A stretch of 64,000 nucleotides of DNA from positions 1 to 64,000 of the IMG/VR virus record IMGVR_UViG_3300020420_001038. One strand, written 5' to 3'. The position numbers and the translations under genes were made by a program. The notes under the pieces are model-generated. The model saw only the letters and a list, made by a program, of their open reading frames with translations. It ran no database searches and was not told the DNA's origin. This DNA comes from a virus. Shown here in pieces: positions 37,178-47,840 of this stretch. The stretch's first letter is position 1, and each line of letters opens with the position of its first letter.

Positions 37178-38562
37178 TATATGTTGGCCTTTTCTGTTAC
37201 TATTGCCACGTCTTGATTTTCTCTTGCAATTCTTACGTAACCTTCGTTTACTAATTTTCTTATATCAGTAATTACCTTGTTTCTATAGACAGTTTTAGTT
37301 GTTGCAGTTGCGTTGCTGTATTCTAGATCAGATTCGGCCACTGTTAAGTTTTTCCTAGAGCCAATATCTTTGTAATAGATACCAGCCGCTATTTCATCCT
37401 TCAGTGTGTCATTTGTCAAGACTAAATTATAGGATTCGTCTGGTGTTAATGTTTTTGTAGCATCAAATTTTGCTGTGGTTATTGTAGTATTATTTTGTCC
37501 TGTTTTGTTATCACTTGTTCCTCTTGCACTAGCAATAGTACCAGCGGCCACTGCCGCACCTATTCCAAATTGTGCTATTGGATTAGATATGCTTCCGGCT
37601 GACTTTGCCACTTCCTGGATACCTTTTTTAGCAAGTCCTTTTAGTTCTTGTTTAACATCCTTCTTTTTAATTTTTTTAGCATTTCTATATGTGTTACTTG
37701 CTGATAATATTGCCCCCAAAATGTTTCCTGATCTTACATTCCTTATTACTGATCCTACTCCGTCAATAACTCCACCTGGCCCAAAAACGGAATTTGTGCC
37801 CCCACCTAAAATTGTTAATGGACTAGGTTCGTTGTCATATCTGACAGTTGCAAACCCTGGTACATCTTGTTTGTTTACTACACCAGATCCATATACAACT
37901 GTTTCATAAAAAATTTGCATTACGTTTTCCATGATTCCTGTCCCGTCTGCTTGATCAACAGAATCATGATTAAATGATCCTATTAATGGATTAATTAGGC
38001 TCATGGATGTGAATCTTTGTTTATGTAGTACAAAAATATCTATCTGTTTTAGAAAAGGCTCTTTTTTCTTAATAGGAACGTCCATTCCATATTTGTTAAT
38101 TTTTCTTGTACCAATTGGATCATAGTAATCGTCTTTCATTTGATTAATCATGCTTTCGCTAGTGATTCCTACAGAGTCTGCTATGTGATATTCGTAATAC
38201 TTTTTCCAAAAAGCATTAACAGTGTCAGCATGATCATCATGGAAAGTTATATTAATTGGATCATATTGTATCCTTGTTGCGGCATACATTTTTTTGTTAT
38301 ATTGAATTTTTTCTTCGATGTTCAAACCGTACCTAGGAAGGTCACATCTTTTCACCAACATGTTCAACTCGTACAATTCCTGATTTGAAAATTTATCTAT
38401 GTGCAGTCCGTTGTTTAGTTGAAAAACTACATGAAACAAGAACTTTTGTTTCGGCATCAACTTATATGTGTCATCAACATACAACCTAGATGCGTGTCTA
38501 AAGTCCTTCATTCCTGGAAGGTTATCTTGGAATCCTTGTAAGTAGTCGTTTATCTTTGGCAT
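37177..38562 (-). CDS. Tail-tube-like baseplate protein (gp48/gp54-like)
   Basis: DLPRY...YDPINITFHDD tube fold; start MPKIN follows a TAAATA. Confidence 0.6.
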   Translation of the reverse strand: MPKINDYLQGFQDNLPGMKDFRHASRLYVDDTYKLMPKQKFLFHVVFQLNNGLHIDKFSNQELYELNMLVKRCDLPRYGLNIEEKIQYNKKMYAATRIQYDPINITFHDDHADTVNAFWKKYYEYHIADSVGITSESMINQMKDDYYDPIGTRKINKYGMDVPIKKKEPFLKQIDIFVLHKQRFTSMSLINPLIGSFNHDSVDQADGTGIMENVMQIFYETVVYGSGVVNKQDVPGFATVRYDNEPSPLTILGGGTNSVFGPGGVIDGVGSVIRNVRSGNILGAILSASNTYRNAKKIKKKDVKQELKGLAKKGIQEVAKSAGSISNPIAQFGIGAAVAAGTIASARGTSDNKTGQNNTTITTAKFDATKTLTPDESYNLVLTNDTLKDEIAAGIYYKDIGSRKNLTVAESDLEYSNATATTKTVYRNKVITDIRKLVNEGYVRIARENQDVAIVTEKANI

Positions 38563-38580
38563 ACTGTTATTTATAGCCAC

Positions 38581-38607
38581 AAAAAAAGCGCCTATAAAGA
38601 CGCTTTT
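38581..38607 (-). terminator. Rho-independent terminator after the tail tube gene
   Basis: AAAAGCGTCT-TTAT-AGGCGCTTTTTTT. Confidence 0.8.
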
Positions 38608-38632
38608 AATGTTATAATTGCTAACTTAATTC

Positions 38633-39259
38633 TTATTGTCCACCACCAGTACTTAATGTACCGATAGTTCTTGCAACTGCTGTACCGATTCCTGTACCTT
38701 GCGGAGTCTGTATTGCGTTGTCGTATCTGATTCCTAATGTGATAGTCACTGGTTCTGAAGTGTTGTAAGCCAATGTGTTGTAGTTCACGTTGTCTATGTA
38801 TGCACCGTATAGTTCAAATGTTTCTAATACATTTGGTGCAGACTGTCCGTTACCACCATCAAGCATTTCAATTCTGCCTGTGAATTTGTAATCAATACCA
38901 GATGCCGCTGAACTTTGCTCAAAGAAATCAAATTGTTTCTGAATCTGTTCGCCAACCAGTTTAGTTACTGAGTTGTTTACGTCATCTCTTAAAGTAATTG
39001 TAATCGGTTCCCAAGTGTGTTTACCTGCTACATATACTCTTGAGTTGTATACATCTAGTGTTACTTGATCAAATGTCAAGTTAGGTCTTGTTATGTCCAT
39101 AACTTGTTTTGTTAATTCTGATCTCGGTGTTGATACTCCAAAATTTTCCAGGATCGCTCTAAAACGATATTGTAGTTTTGGCATCAATAAACCTTGTGAT
39201 GCTGAACTTTGATCGTTTGCTAGTGGTACTGTAAATTTTGATAAAGTTGATATTGCCAT
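38633..39259 (-). CDS. Tail tube protein (gp19-like)
   Basis: PKLQYRFR, AGKHTWEPITITLRDD and LGIRYDNA; follows the sheath gene. Confidence 0.85.
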   Translation of the reverse strand: MAISTLSKFTVPLANDQSSASQGLLMPKLQYRFRAILENFGVSTPRSELTKQVMDITRPNLTFDQVTLDVYNSRVYVAGKHTWEPITITLRDDVNNSVTKLVGEQIQKQFDFFEQSSAASGIDYKFTGRIEMLDGGNGQSAPNVLETFELYGAYIDNVNYNTLAYNTSEPVTITLGIRYDNAIQTPQGTGIGTAVARTIGTLSTGGGQ

Positions 39260-39283
39260 TTTGTTACTCCTATTTATCTAAAA

Positions 39284-42200
39284 TTAGTTCCCTAATTTTG
39301 CTATTTCTCCTGTGTTTTTGATTCTCAACGGTATGTAAATGAATTCAACTGATTTCACAGGCTCAATCGCTATATCTACATACAATTCGTTTCTGTCAAT
39401 CCTAGTAGGAGTGTTGTTAGTGTCGTCACAAACTACTAAGAAGTCAAACAACGCTCTTTGACCAACTAGTTCTAACAAGAATGATTCGATTGCGCCTTTA
39501 ATCTCGTTTCTTGTTAATTCATCATTTGGTTCAAATATGAAAGGTTTCGCTACTGCATCTAGTTGTGTTCTTAGATACACTGCTAGTCTTGCCACGTTGA
39601 TTCTATCTAATGCCGAACTTGCCGAAGTTTTCGTCAAGTTACCAAAGTTTACAATTCCTGCACCTGAGAAGAAAGTAATTGGATTTACTTTTACTTCATG
39701 CATTGAATCTCTCACTGACTCCGTTACAGATATTGTTTCGAATTCACCGGTTTTGCTGTCAATATATCCAACTGAAGTTGCATTGTCTACAATACCTCTT
39801 CTAGTTCCTGCTGGTGCAAACCATGGAAATGCAACATTGTCGTTGTTTGCCATTGTTCTTATCATCATGTGTGAAGGTGGAACTACAATTTGTTTACTTG
39901 CGTTGTCAGTTGTCAATCCTGATGGGTAAAATACTCCTAAATATTCACTAGCACTTACTAGACCGTCTTCACCGTTGTCAGTTGCACCTGCTGTGTTGTT
40001 AGACCAATTAGTAATTGATGTAGCAGTGCCTTCCAATCTCATTGGTGTATCACCAATTATGAAAGCAGTATTGTTTCTGTCAGTGTTTAGATTAATCATG
40101 TTTTGGATCAATTCTGGATATCCAGGTGATGCAATAACATTGTAGCCTCTTTGGTCTTCACGTATTGCTTGGTTAGTGTCCATCTCTGATTTTAATTGCT
40201 GTACAATAACTTTTCTCTGTGCTTTTCTTCCAAAAGTTCCTGAACCGTCAGTGTTGTTACTTGATTTTGTAACCCATCTGTCTGGATAATAACCGCCGAC
40301 TCCTTCGTTATTGTATCTTATGTTTCCTAAACCTGCTGATCCTGAACTTGGATATTTTGTTTCTGTAATATAACTGTTTTTATATTCTTTAACATTGTAT
40401 CCGCTTCTTCTTGTGTTCCAAAGCATTATACCTTGTGGATATAAAACTGGATCTGGAGCATCTGGATCTAAGAAAGAATCACTTAATAAGTCTTTGATTG
40501 AACTTGGTGAGCCAGCCTGTGTGCTATCGTTTGCATTTTTTTCCGCCGCAGTATGATATCTTGCATCTGCAAACACAATACCATCTTCCGTCGTTTGGTC
40601 TGCTTTGTCAACTAACACCCATGCCGCACCAGTTGTTGTTACCGCAACTTGGTTTGCTGTGTTTGTTGAACTTAATGTTGCTGATGTGTTGTACTTGTAA
40701 ATTTTTGGATAGTTTTCCAAATCACTTGTATCAATCCATAAGTCGTTGTCGACAAGTATAGTTCCATCTGATTGTTTGTTTGGTGCTGTTGCACTAAACT
40801 GAGGACCATTTGGATCTGTGTTAGCGTAAACTTCTTTGTAACCTTTGAAAGTTGTTCCGTTGTGCACCATAATGTCTGCTTCGTCTATGTTTGTGTTGTA
40901 CCATAATGTACCGTCTGTTGGTTCATTTGTTGGTGAACTTACAGAAGCAGTGTAACTTAATCTTTTCCAGTTACTTGCCATTACGTCGTTACCTACAGTT
41001 GAGTCTTCTGAATCACCAGTTGGTGCAACATATAAGTTGTCAACTAATGTTGTAGAATTAGCAGTGAAAGTACCATAAGCATGAGCCGATCCTGCTCCGA
41101 AACCTGCATCTGCAATTGGAGTACCGCTTGTATCGTTCATTCTAAATTCACCACCTAGTTCGTGTGTAATTTTAATTGCGCCTTTGAATTCACCTGCACT
41201 TATTACTTCTGCTTTTAAATTTGTAAATCCTGCAGTTGTAAATGCAGTAACAAAATCCTCTGCATCACCTAAAGTAGAACCATCACCTGAGATCATTGTA
41301 ACAGTTTTTGCCGCGTTCAATGCCTCTTGGTTTTTAATTGATTCTCTTACTGTAAAACTTTCACCTGCTGTAAAACTTGGTGATGTGTTTTTAGATTGTA
41401 TAACTGTTTTTCCACCTTCGTATCTGAAGAGTTGGAAATCACCTACATTTGGTGTAACGTCTTGTTGACCATCTGAACTTTGCTCAGTGATATTAAATTG
41501 TGTATACAATGCACCTGCACTCAAACCTGTTCCACCGTTTGCTGGATCTAGATTAAAGATTGCAGAATGATGTGTTGCGTGTAATGGAGATGCTACCGAA
41601 CTAAAAGTTCCTGTTGCACCACTGTACAATTTAGAAATTATATTAGCACCTGCATTTGCAGATGTTGTTTTAAACCAAACTGAACCGTTCGGTCTATTTT
41701 CGTCTGCTGTTTTCCAAGTAGGTCTGTTAGTGTGTTTTGCTTGTAAAAATTTAGTTGCTTGTTTTGTACCTGCACTTATTCCTAAACCAGCAAGTAATCC
41801 AGTTCCTTCTTCGAATCTAAATGTGCCATTACCGCTTGTGGAATCTCCAAATGATAAACCATTGTAGAATAATTCTAAATTTCCTGTTGTTGCATTTACG
41901 CTCGATGATAATCCAGGAACATTTGCATTGTTAATTGCAGTGTTTACATCTGAAAGTGCTGTACCACCAGTTTGGACTAGCACACCATTTATGTTCATGT
42001 TGTGTGAATTTGTTACCGTCGTTCCTGATGCCACTGTTAAAAATGGATGTGATTGATGCCATGCAACTGAACCTAATTGTACCCAAGCATTACTTGAATT
42101 TTTTAGATAGATTTTGTTGCTTACGTGTGTTGTATTAATTGCGTAATCACCTTGTGATCCTATTGATGTTTTTGGTATACCAGTTGATGCGTTTCCTACC

Positions 42201-42712
42201 AGGTCGGAAACTGAAGTAATCAATAGTGGTGTTTTTGCTGTAAATTTTTGATCTGTTCTTGACCATTCAAATATTCCATATTGGCTTGTTGCAAGGTCAA
42301 ACCAGTATGTACCGTCTGTTGGTCTCGCTGTCGGTGCCGATGCACTTCCAACTAGATCTGTTAAGTTTACATTTGCTCTTAAAATGTATGCTCTGTTAGC
42401 CAACCCTAAAAATGAGTAAGCCGCTTGTAAACCATATTCATTTAATTCGTAACCATGAATCGAGTTTCCAGATGCGTCTGAGTAGAATTTTGGATCTCCA
42501 AAAGTCTCTGTTAATTCTCTTTGTGATGAAATCAGTTGTACTTGATTAGCACTAGCAGTTGTTGTACCTGCCGCTATACTTGAACCTGATCCCGCTAATT
42601 TGTCTTGTGCAGATGCTACAATAAAAAGTGGAGTTGTACCTGCGTCTGATGGTACATAAAAACTCTCGTTTATTACTGAAACGTCTACTCCTGGTGATGT
42701 TAAGTTTGCCAT
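39284..42712 (-). CDS. Tail sheath protein (gp18-like) with large insertions
   Basis: SPGVDVSVI, WFAPAGTRRG, DRINVARL, FEPND and IEPVKSVEFIYI motifs. Confidence 0.93.
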   Translation of the reverse strand: MANLTSPGVDVSVINESFYVPSDAGTTPLFIVASAQDKLAGSGSSIAAGTTTASANQVQLISSQRELTETFGDPKFYSDASGNSIHGYELNEYGLQAAYSFLGLANRAYILRANVNLTDLVGSASAPTARPTDGTYWFDLATSQYGIFEWSRTDQKFTAKTPLLITSVSDLVGNASTGIPKTSIGSQGDYAINTTHVSNKIYLKNSSNAWVQLGSVAWHQSHPFLTVASGTTVTNSHNMNINGVLVQTGGTALSDVNTAINNANVPGLSSSVNATTGNLELFYNGLSFGDSTSGNGTFRFEEGTGLLAGLGISAGTKQATKFLQAKHTNRPTWKTADENRPNGSVWFKTTSANAGANIISKLYSGATGTFSSVASPLHATHHSAIFNLDPANGGTGLSAGALYTQFNITEQSSDGQQDVTPNVGDFQLFRYEGGKTVIQSKNTSPSFTAGESFTVRESIKNQEALNAAKTVTMISGDGSTLGDAEDFVTAFTTAGFTNLKAEVISAGEFKGAIKITHELGGEFRMNDTSGTPIADAGFGAGSAHAYGTFTANSTTLVDNLYVAPTGDSEDSTVGNDVMASNWKRLSYTASVSSPTNEPTDGTLWYNTNIDEADIMVHNGTTFKGYKEVYANTDPNGPQFSATAPNKQSDGTILVDNDLWIDTSDLENYPKIYKYNTSATLSSTNTANQVAVTTTGAAWVLVDKADQTTEDGIVFADARYHTAAEKNANDSTQAGSPSSIKDLLSDSFLDPDAPDPVLYPQGIMLWNTRRSGYNVKEYKNSYITETKYPSSGSAGLGNIRYNNEGVGGYYPDRWVTKSSNNTDGSGTFGRKAQRKVIVQQLKSEMDTNQAIREDQRGYNVIASPGYPELIQNMINLNTDRNNTAFIIGDTPMRLEGTATSITNWSNNTAGATDNGEDGLVSASEYLGVFYPSGLTTDNASKQIVVPPSHMMIRTMANNDNVAFPWFAPAGTRRGIVDNATSVGYIDSKTGEFETISVTESVRDSMHEVKVNPITFFSGAGIVNFGNLTKTSASSALDRINVARLAVYLRTQLDAVAKPFIFEPNDELTRNEIKGAIESFLLELVGQRALFDFLVVCDDTNNTPTRIDRNELYVDIAIEPVKSVEFIYIPLRIKNTGEIAKLGN

Positions 42713-42828
42713 TATTCGTATTCTCCTTGCAAGTTTGTACGTATACTTTGTTATTTATTAGATCATTACGTTTTTACGACAAAATTTACCATTATTTGGT
42801 GCCTATATAGGTGACGTAAATACAATAT

Positions 42829-43188
42829 ATGAATATAGGCATCAGACCGTTGTGCGTTCAGTGTAAGGTTAAGCCAAGAGCCTACGGGTATAAGAAGGGC
42901 ACCAAGATATATTGGCGTAGGTTATGTGATACATGCAACAGGAAGAAATCACATAAAAAAATAGGCGGTATTACGCCTTTGCAACGTTCTGGCTATAAAA
43001 AAAGGAATAAATGCGAGTTGTGTGGTTTCAAGGCACAAGACAGCATACAACTTGATGTGCTGTTTGTTGATGGGAATTTACGTAATACTAATGCTTCAAA
43101 TCTTAAAACGGTTTGTGCCAATTGTCAAAGACTCAGTAGTGTTAGAAGACTTGGATGGCGTGTTGGTGATCTCCAAGCCGATGATTAG
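42829..43188 (+). CDS. Zn-binding HNH-like protein lacking catalytic histidines
   Basis: Four CxxC pairs; LDVLFVDGNLRN...NLKTVCANCQR. Confidence 0.65.
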   Translation: MNIGIRPLCVQCKVKPRAYGYKKGTKIYWRRLCDTCNRKKSHKKIGGITPLQRSGYKKRNKCELCGFKAQDSIQLDVLFVDGNLRNTNASNLKTVCANCQRLSSVRRLGWRVGDLQADD

Positions 43189-43737
43189 ATCATCTACTTT
43201 TTTGTATAATTCTTCCTTTGTTCCATCGTTGTCTATGATATAGTCAAATTTTGAATCTAACCAGTCCCACTCTGACTTATGGGCATTTTTTTCCTGCATT
43301 TCTTTTTGAGTAGGAAGGTCGCCTCTTTTTACACACACTATCTTTCCACCATGTGCTTTGATAACTTTAATCTCATTAACAAATCTAGTATCAGATACAA
43401 CAGTTTTTTCTCCCTTGTATCTCGATATCAAACTATCTATCCATATTGCATCATGCATATTGCCACGCATTACTTCAGTACCAAAATACTGTAATACCCA
43501 CCTAGGGGTCACTGGTTTGCCAAATTTTTCACTCCAAAAAGCATCGGGTTGTTCACGCCATTCTCTACTGACATCTGTGTTGCCTTCTAGTAATTCTCTA
43601 TCCCAATTAAATATATTGGCAGTTGCGTCTTTTAGACTTTTGGCAAAAGAATCTCTTTTGAATCCATGTTGTGCAACCAGTCTTTGAGCCACTGTGTCTT
43701 TACCAGACCCAATTAGTCCTACTATTCCTATTAACAT
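43096..43737 (-). CDS. Deoxynucleoside monophosphate kinase (T4 gp1-like)
   Basis: GLIGSGKDT, SFAKSLKD, TPRWVLQYFGTE, SDTRFVNE and HKSE motifs. Confidence 0.9.
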   Translation of the reverse strand: MLIGIVGLIGSGKDTVAQRLVAQHGFKRDSFAKSLKDATANIFNWDRELLEGNTDVSREWREQPDAFWSEKFGKPVTPRWVLQYFGTEVMRGNMHDAIWIDSLISRYKGEKTVVSDTRFVNEIKVIKAHGGKIVCVKRGDLPTQKEMQEKNAHKSEWDWLDSKFDYIIDNDGTKEELYKKVDDLIIGLEITNTPSKSSNTTESLTIGTNRFKI

Positions 43738-43743
43738 TAATTG

Positions 43744-43772
43744 ATTATACTACTTTTTTAGTCGTTTTTCAA
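43744..43772 (-). promoter_or_regulatory. Sigma70-type promoter for dNMP kinase
   Basis: TTGAAA-17 bp-TATAAT, with ATG 6 nt downstream. Confidence 0.7.
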
Positions 43773-43932
43773 TGACTTTTTTTGCCTCTTTTACCGCACC
43801 AAGTATAGATCTTCTTATATCTAGTTTTTTATTTTTCAAGGCACTAATAGACATATTTTCTAAATCGTTTACGATTTCTTCCAACTCGTCAATATTACAT
43901 TCATGATATCTTTTATATCTTTTATCTTCCAT
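43750..43932 (-). CDS. Small helical hypothetical protein
   Basis: 60-aa ORF with TAAATA upstream. Confidence 0.55.
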   Translation of the reverse strand: MEDKRYKRYHECNIDELEEIVNDLENMSISALKNKKLDIRRSILGAVKEAKKVIEKRLKK

Positions 43933-43964
43933 GGTACTATTATTTAAAATGATTGTATTATGAA

Positions 43965-44726
43965 TTAACCAATAACAAAACTGTGTGGAGTGCCACCCTC
44001 GGCATAATTGCCAATTTCCATGTCTAATTTTTCCATCTCGGCAACACCTTGTGCTTGTAACTGTGCACCGTTCAATTGTGTTCCACCTTGTGGTCCAGCA
44101 ATGGTGCCAAACTTTCCTCTAGCCTCACCTAGCATAGTTTTTGATACTGCAAGTGTGTAATCTCTGATCCATGGTTTTGCATACACATCTTTGAATAATG
44201 TTATATCTGGTCTAAAATTGTCAGTGTGCATCAACACAGTTTCTTGATCCGATCTTGGTCTTTGTGTGATTGTTAATTTTTTTGTAGCAACATCGTAATG
44301 GAATTGAATAAATGAACCAAACAATTTTCCTACCAATTCTTGATAACTTGCAAAAGCAAAATACGTTGCAAGTCCACCAGTCGCACCTGCTCTTAACAAG
44401 TAAGTGTTTGTGTATGCTAAATTGAATGGTTCAAATAATGTACCACCTTCTCCACCTTCAGTCCTGGAACCTACTGTTCTTCTGAATAATTTTCTTACGT
44501 TTATCACCTCATCTGGTAAAATATATGTGTTTTGATTTTCCTTTAATTGTAGGAAAGCATATGATTCTTCTACTGCATTTGAACTACGTTGTCTGTAACG
44601 ATCTATTGCTCTGGTCAGCGCCGTTTGATAGTGTTTAGGGTCTAATTCCACATCTATCATGCCCTCGCCTAGATTGTTTTTTACGTAATCAAATATTTCT
44701 TGTTGACCTGTTTGAAGTTCTGACAT
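43965..44726 (-). CDS. Neck protein (gp13-like)
   Basis: LGEGMIDVELD, WIRDY and GEARGKF...GPQGGTQLNG; start MSELQ follows a TAAATA. Confidence 0.82.
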   Translation of the reverse strand: MSELQTGQQEIFDYVKNNLGEGMIDVELDPKHYQTALTRAIDRYRQRSSNAVEESYAFLQLKENQNTYILPDEVINVRKLFRRTVGSRTEGGEGGTLFEPFNLAYTNTYLLRAGATGGLATYFAFASYQELVGKLFGSFIQFHYDVATKKLTITQRPRSDQETVLMHTDNFRPDITLFKDVYAKPWIRDYTLAVSKTMLGEARGKFGTIAGPQGGTQLNGAQLQAQGVAEMEKLDMEIGNYAEGGTPHSFVIG

Positions 44727-44760
44727 ACTGATATTTATTACCTTTACCTGTGCAATAAAT

Positions 44761-45936
44761 ATGTATGATATGCCAAGATTATCCATTTTTAAGCCAGAAA
44801 AAGGCAATGACTACAAATTCTTCGATCGCAACATCAGAGAGATGTTCACTGTGGGTGGAACGGACCTACATTTTCACAAATATTTAGGACCTTACGATCA
44901 GGGCGATACAAACAAGGACGGTGAAGCATCACCAACAGAACCACAATATTCAGGCGACACATTAAACGAAAAAACAATACAAGATCTATTATTTTTAGAA
45001 AACAGAGATAGAAAATATGCTCCGGACATTTATACTGTGCGTGGAATTTATAATGTTCAAGATATAGATTTTAACTTATCTCAATTTGGTATGTTTTTAG
45101 CAAATGACACATTATTTTTGACTGTGCATTTGAATGATATTGTTGAAAGAATTGGAAGGAAACCAATGGCCGGAGACGTTTTAGAATTTCCGCACCTGAA
45201 AGAAGACTATTCCTTAGATGAATCTATACCAATCGCACTCAAAAGATATTATGTTGTGGAGGATGTAAACAGAGCCGCGGAAGGATTTTCACAAACCTGG
45301 TGGCCACACCTATTAAGATTGAAATTAAAATCAATGGTTGACTCTCAGGAGTTCAGAGATATCATAGGTGACGCAACAACAGAAGGTTCGTTAGCAAGTT
45401 ACATGTCAACTTTCAACAGAGAAAAAACAATAAGTGACCAAGTTTTAAAACAAGCAGAAGCAGATGCACCAAAATCAGGATTCAATTTCAAACAATATTA
45501 TGTTGCACCGATTGATGAGAGAGGAAATATACGAACTAATAATGTTAATACTACAGATAGAATAAGTTCAGACAAAACAATTAATGCAACCATCGATACT
45601 CCTGCAAGTTCTCATTATGGATTTTATGTAGGCGGAGATGGTGTGGCACCAAATGGACATCCTGCTGGTTTTGGAATATCATTTCCAACTGCAAATATAG
45701 ACAAGGGTGATTATTTCCTAAGGACTGATTATTTGCCGAACAGACTTTTTAGATATGATGGGAATAGATGGATTAAAATTGAAGATTCTGTGCGTGTCAC
45801 TATGTCAAATACAGACACAAGAGCAACATACAAAACCGGATTTGTTAACAATACTTCGTCAGATACGATAAATGGTTTAACAGTAGAACAGAGACAATCG
45901 CTTACAAAAGCATTGAAACCAAAGGCTGACAATTAA
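44761..45936 (+). CDS. Neck / head-closure protein (gp14-like)
   Basis: LLFLENRDRKY, LSQFG, GDVLEFPHL; divergent from gp13. Confidence 0.7.
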   Translation: MYDMPRLSIFKPEKGNDYKFFDRNIREMFTVGGTDLHFHKYLGPYDQGDTNKDGEASPTEPQYSGDTLNEKTIQDLLFLENRDRKYAPDIYTVRGIYNVQDIDFNLSQFGMFLANDTLFLTVHLNDIVERIGRKPMAGDVLEFPHLKEDYSLDESIPIALKRYYVVEDVNRAAEGFSQTWWPHLLRLKLKSMVDSQEFRDIIGDATTEGSLASYMSTFNREKTISDQVLKQAEADAPKSGFNFKQYYVAPIDERGNIRTNNVNTTDRISSDKTINATIDTPASSHYGFYVGGDGVAPNGHPAGFGISFPTANIDKGDYFLRTDYLPNRLFRYDGNRWIKIEDSVRVTMSNTDTRATYKTGFVNNTSSDTINGLTVEQRQSLTKALKPKADN

Positions 45937-47381
45937 TGTTACATTTTTACGACGGACAGGTTAGAAAATTTTTGACCCAATTCATGAGAATTTTGGGCAA
46001 TTTTTCTATAGAAACAGGAAAAGCAAAAGACGACACTGTGAATCTAAGAGCAGTTCCAGTTGTGTATGGTGATCCAACCAGACAGGTAGCGAATATCATT
46101 AGAAACAATTCGGAAAATGCAATGAATTACACACCGAGAATTGCTTGTTACGTTAGAGAACTGAACTATGATAGAGAAAGAATGCAAAATCCTTATCATA
46201 TTGAAAAGCAACATCTCAAAGAAAGAGACACAGATTCAGACGGAAACTACACAGACAAGTTAGGAGCAGGATACACAGTTGAAAAAGTTATGCCATCTCC
46301 TTTTAGATTAGAAGTTACGGCAGATATTTGGACATCTAACACCGATCAAAAATTACAATTATTGGAACAAATTTTGTATCTATTCAATCCAGATTTTGAA
46401 ATACAAAAATCTGACAATTTTTTAGACTGGACAAGTCTAAGTTACGTTGAACTTACTGGAATAACATTCAGTTCAAGAACAATTCCTGTGGGTGCCGATA
46501 CCGAAATTGATATTGCAACAATGACTTTCAGTATGCCAATATGGTTATCACCGCCTATAAAAGTTAAAAAATTAGGAGTTGTACAAAAAATTATAATGAG
46601 TGTGTATGACGATGACGGCGGAATAACAAAAGGATTGATAGATGGCACATTATTGACGAGAAGTTTTGTTACCCCAAATAATTTTGGATTATTAGTAACA
46701 GGCAATCAACTTAGATTACTTGGTACAACAGGAGTAAATGTAAGTTCGGGTGGAGACGGATTTTATACAGGGGCAAAAGAACCTTCAAATTTTGACCCAT
46801 TTGAAACTTTTGGTCCTCCTGTTAACTGGAAAACATTGATAAATCAATACGGCAAAGTCACAAACGGCACATCGCAGATTAGGTTGAAGCAACCAAACGG
46901 AAATGAAATTGTCGGAACCATATCCACATCACCTTTAGAAGATACGATTTTACTGTATAACATTGATTCAGATACTATACCGGCAAATACTCTTGTGAAT
47001 GTTAAAAAAATTATAAATCCATCAACATTTGCACCGACTAATCCGCAAAATGGAGATAGATATTTGATAATTGACGAAATAGGTGATTCCACAGCAACAG
47101 TATCCAACCCAACATGGGGCACTTTGGTGGCTAGTGTTGGCGATATAATACAATACAATTCGGCTTCAAGTATATGGCAAAAAGTATTTGATGCAAGTCA
47201 TCCAGACTCAACTCAACATTACGTAACGAATACTCATACAGGTATTCAATACAGGTTTAATGGCATTGAATGGGTTAAATCATACGAAGGTGTGTACACT
47301 GCTGGTAAATGGAGCATTGTTTTAGATGGCGGATATACAGCAAATGATGATGCTTCTGGACAAGACGCAACTACTCCTTGA
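45936..47381 (+). CDS. Tail sheath stabiliser / terminator (gp15-like) with C-terminal extension
   Basis: HFYDGQ, VPVVYG, QLLEQILYLFNP and WLSPP motifs. Confidence 0.8.
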   Translation: MLHFYDGQVRKFLTQFMRILGNFSIETGKAKDDTVNLRAVPVVYGDPTRQVANIIRNNSENAMNYTPRIACYVRELNYDRERMQNPYHIEKQHLKERDTDSDGNYTDKLGAGYTVEKVMPSPFRLEVTADIWTSNTDQKLQLLEQILYLFNPDFEIQKSDNFLDWTSLSYVELTGITFSSRTIPVGADTEIDIATMTFSMPIWLSPPIKVKKLGVVQKIIMSVYDDDGGITKGLIDGTLLTRSFVTPNNFGLLVTGNQLRLLGTTGVNVSSGGDGFYTGAKEPSNFDPFETFGPPVNWKTLINQYGKVTNGTSQIRLKQPNGNEIVGTISTSPLEDTILLYNIDSDTIPANTLVNVKKIINPSTFAPTNPQNGDRYLIIDEIGDSTATVSNPTWGTLVASVGDIIQYNSASSIWQKVFDASHPDSTQHYVTNTHTGIQYRFNGIEWVKSYEGVYTAGKWSIVLDGGYTANDDASGQDATTP

Positions 47382-47406
47382 TAATTTGCAATTAAATTGT
47401 TATAAT
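47378..47406 (+). promoter_or_regulatory. Sigma70-type promoter for NUDIX gene
   Basis: TTGATA-17 bp-TATAAT with extended TG; ATG 5 nt downstream. Confidence 0.72.
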
Positions 47407-47411
47407 AGTTT

Positions 47412-47840
47412 ATGAAAGATAATATAATTTGTTCGGGTGCGTTGTTTTATTCAACCTCTACCAAACGTTTCTTGTTCCTACAAAGGACAGATAAAAAAAC
47501 ACAAGGCACATGGGGATTGGTAGGCGGACTTGCACGTAGTACGGAATCTGCATTCGAAGGATTAAAAAGGGAAATAGAGGAGGAAGTAGGTGATACTCCA
47601 AAGTTCAAAAAAGTTATTCCGTTAGAGATGTTCACATCCAATGATCAAAAATTTTATTTTCACACATATTTGATAGCAATCGATTCAGAATTCATACCAA
47701 AACTTAACGAGGAACATTCGGGATATTGTTGGACAGCCTTCGAATGCTGGCCAAAAAATCTACATGGTGGATTAAGGAATACACTTAATAATAAAAGTAT
47801 AAAAGGTAAGTTGCAGACTATATTAGATTTGATAGTTTAA
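47412..47840 (+). CDS. NUDIX hydrolase
   Basis: Nudix box GG-x5-E-x7-REIEEEVG and LNEEH. Confidence 0.88.
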   Translation: MKDNIICSGALFYSTSTKRFLFLQRTDKKTQGTWGLVGGLARSTESAFEGLKREIEEEVGDTPKFKKVIPLEMFTSNDQKFYFHTYLIAIDSEFIPKLNEEHSGYCWTAFECWPKNLHGGLRNTLNNKSIKGKLQTILDLIV

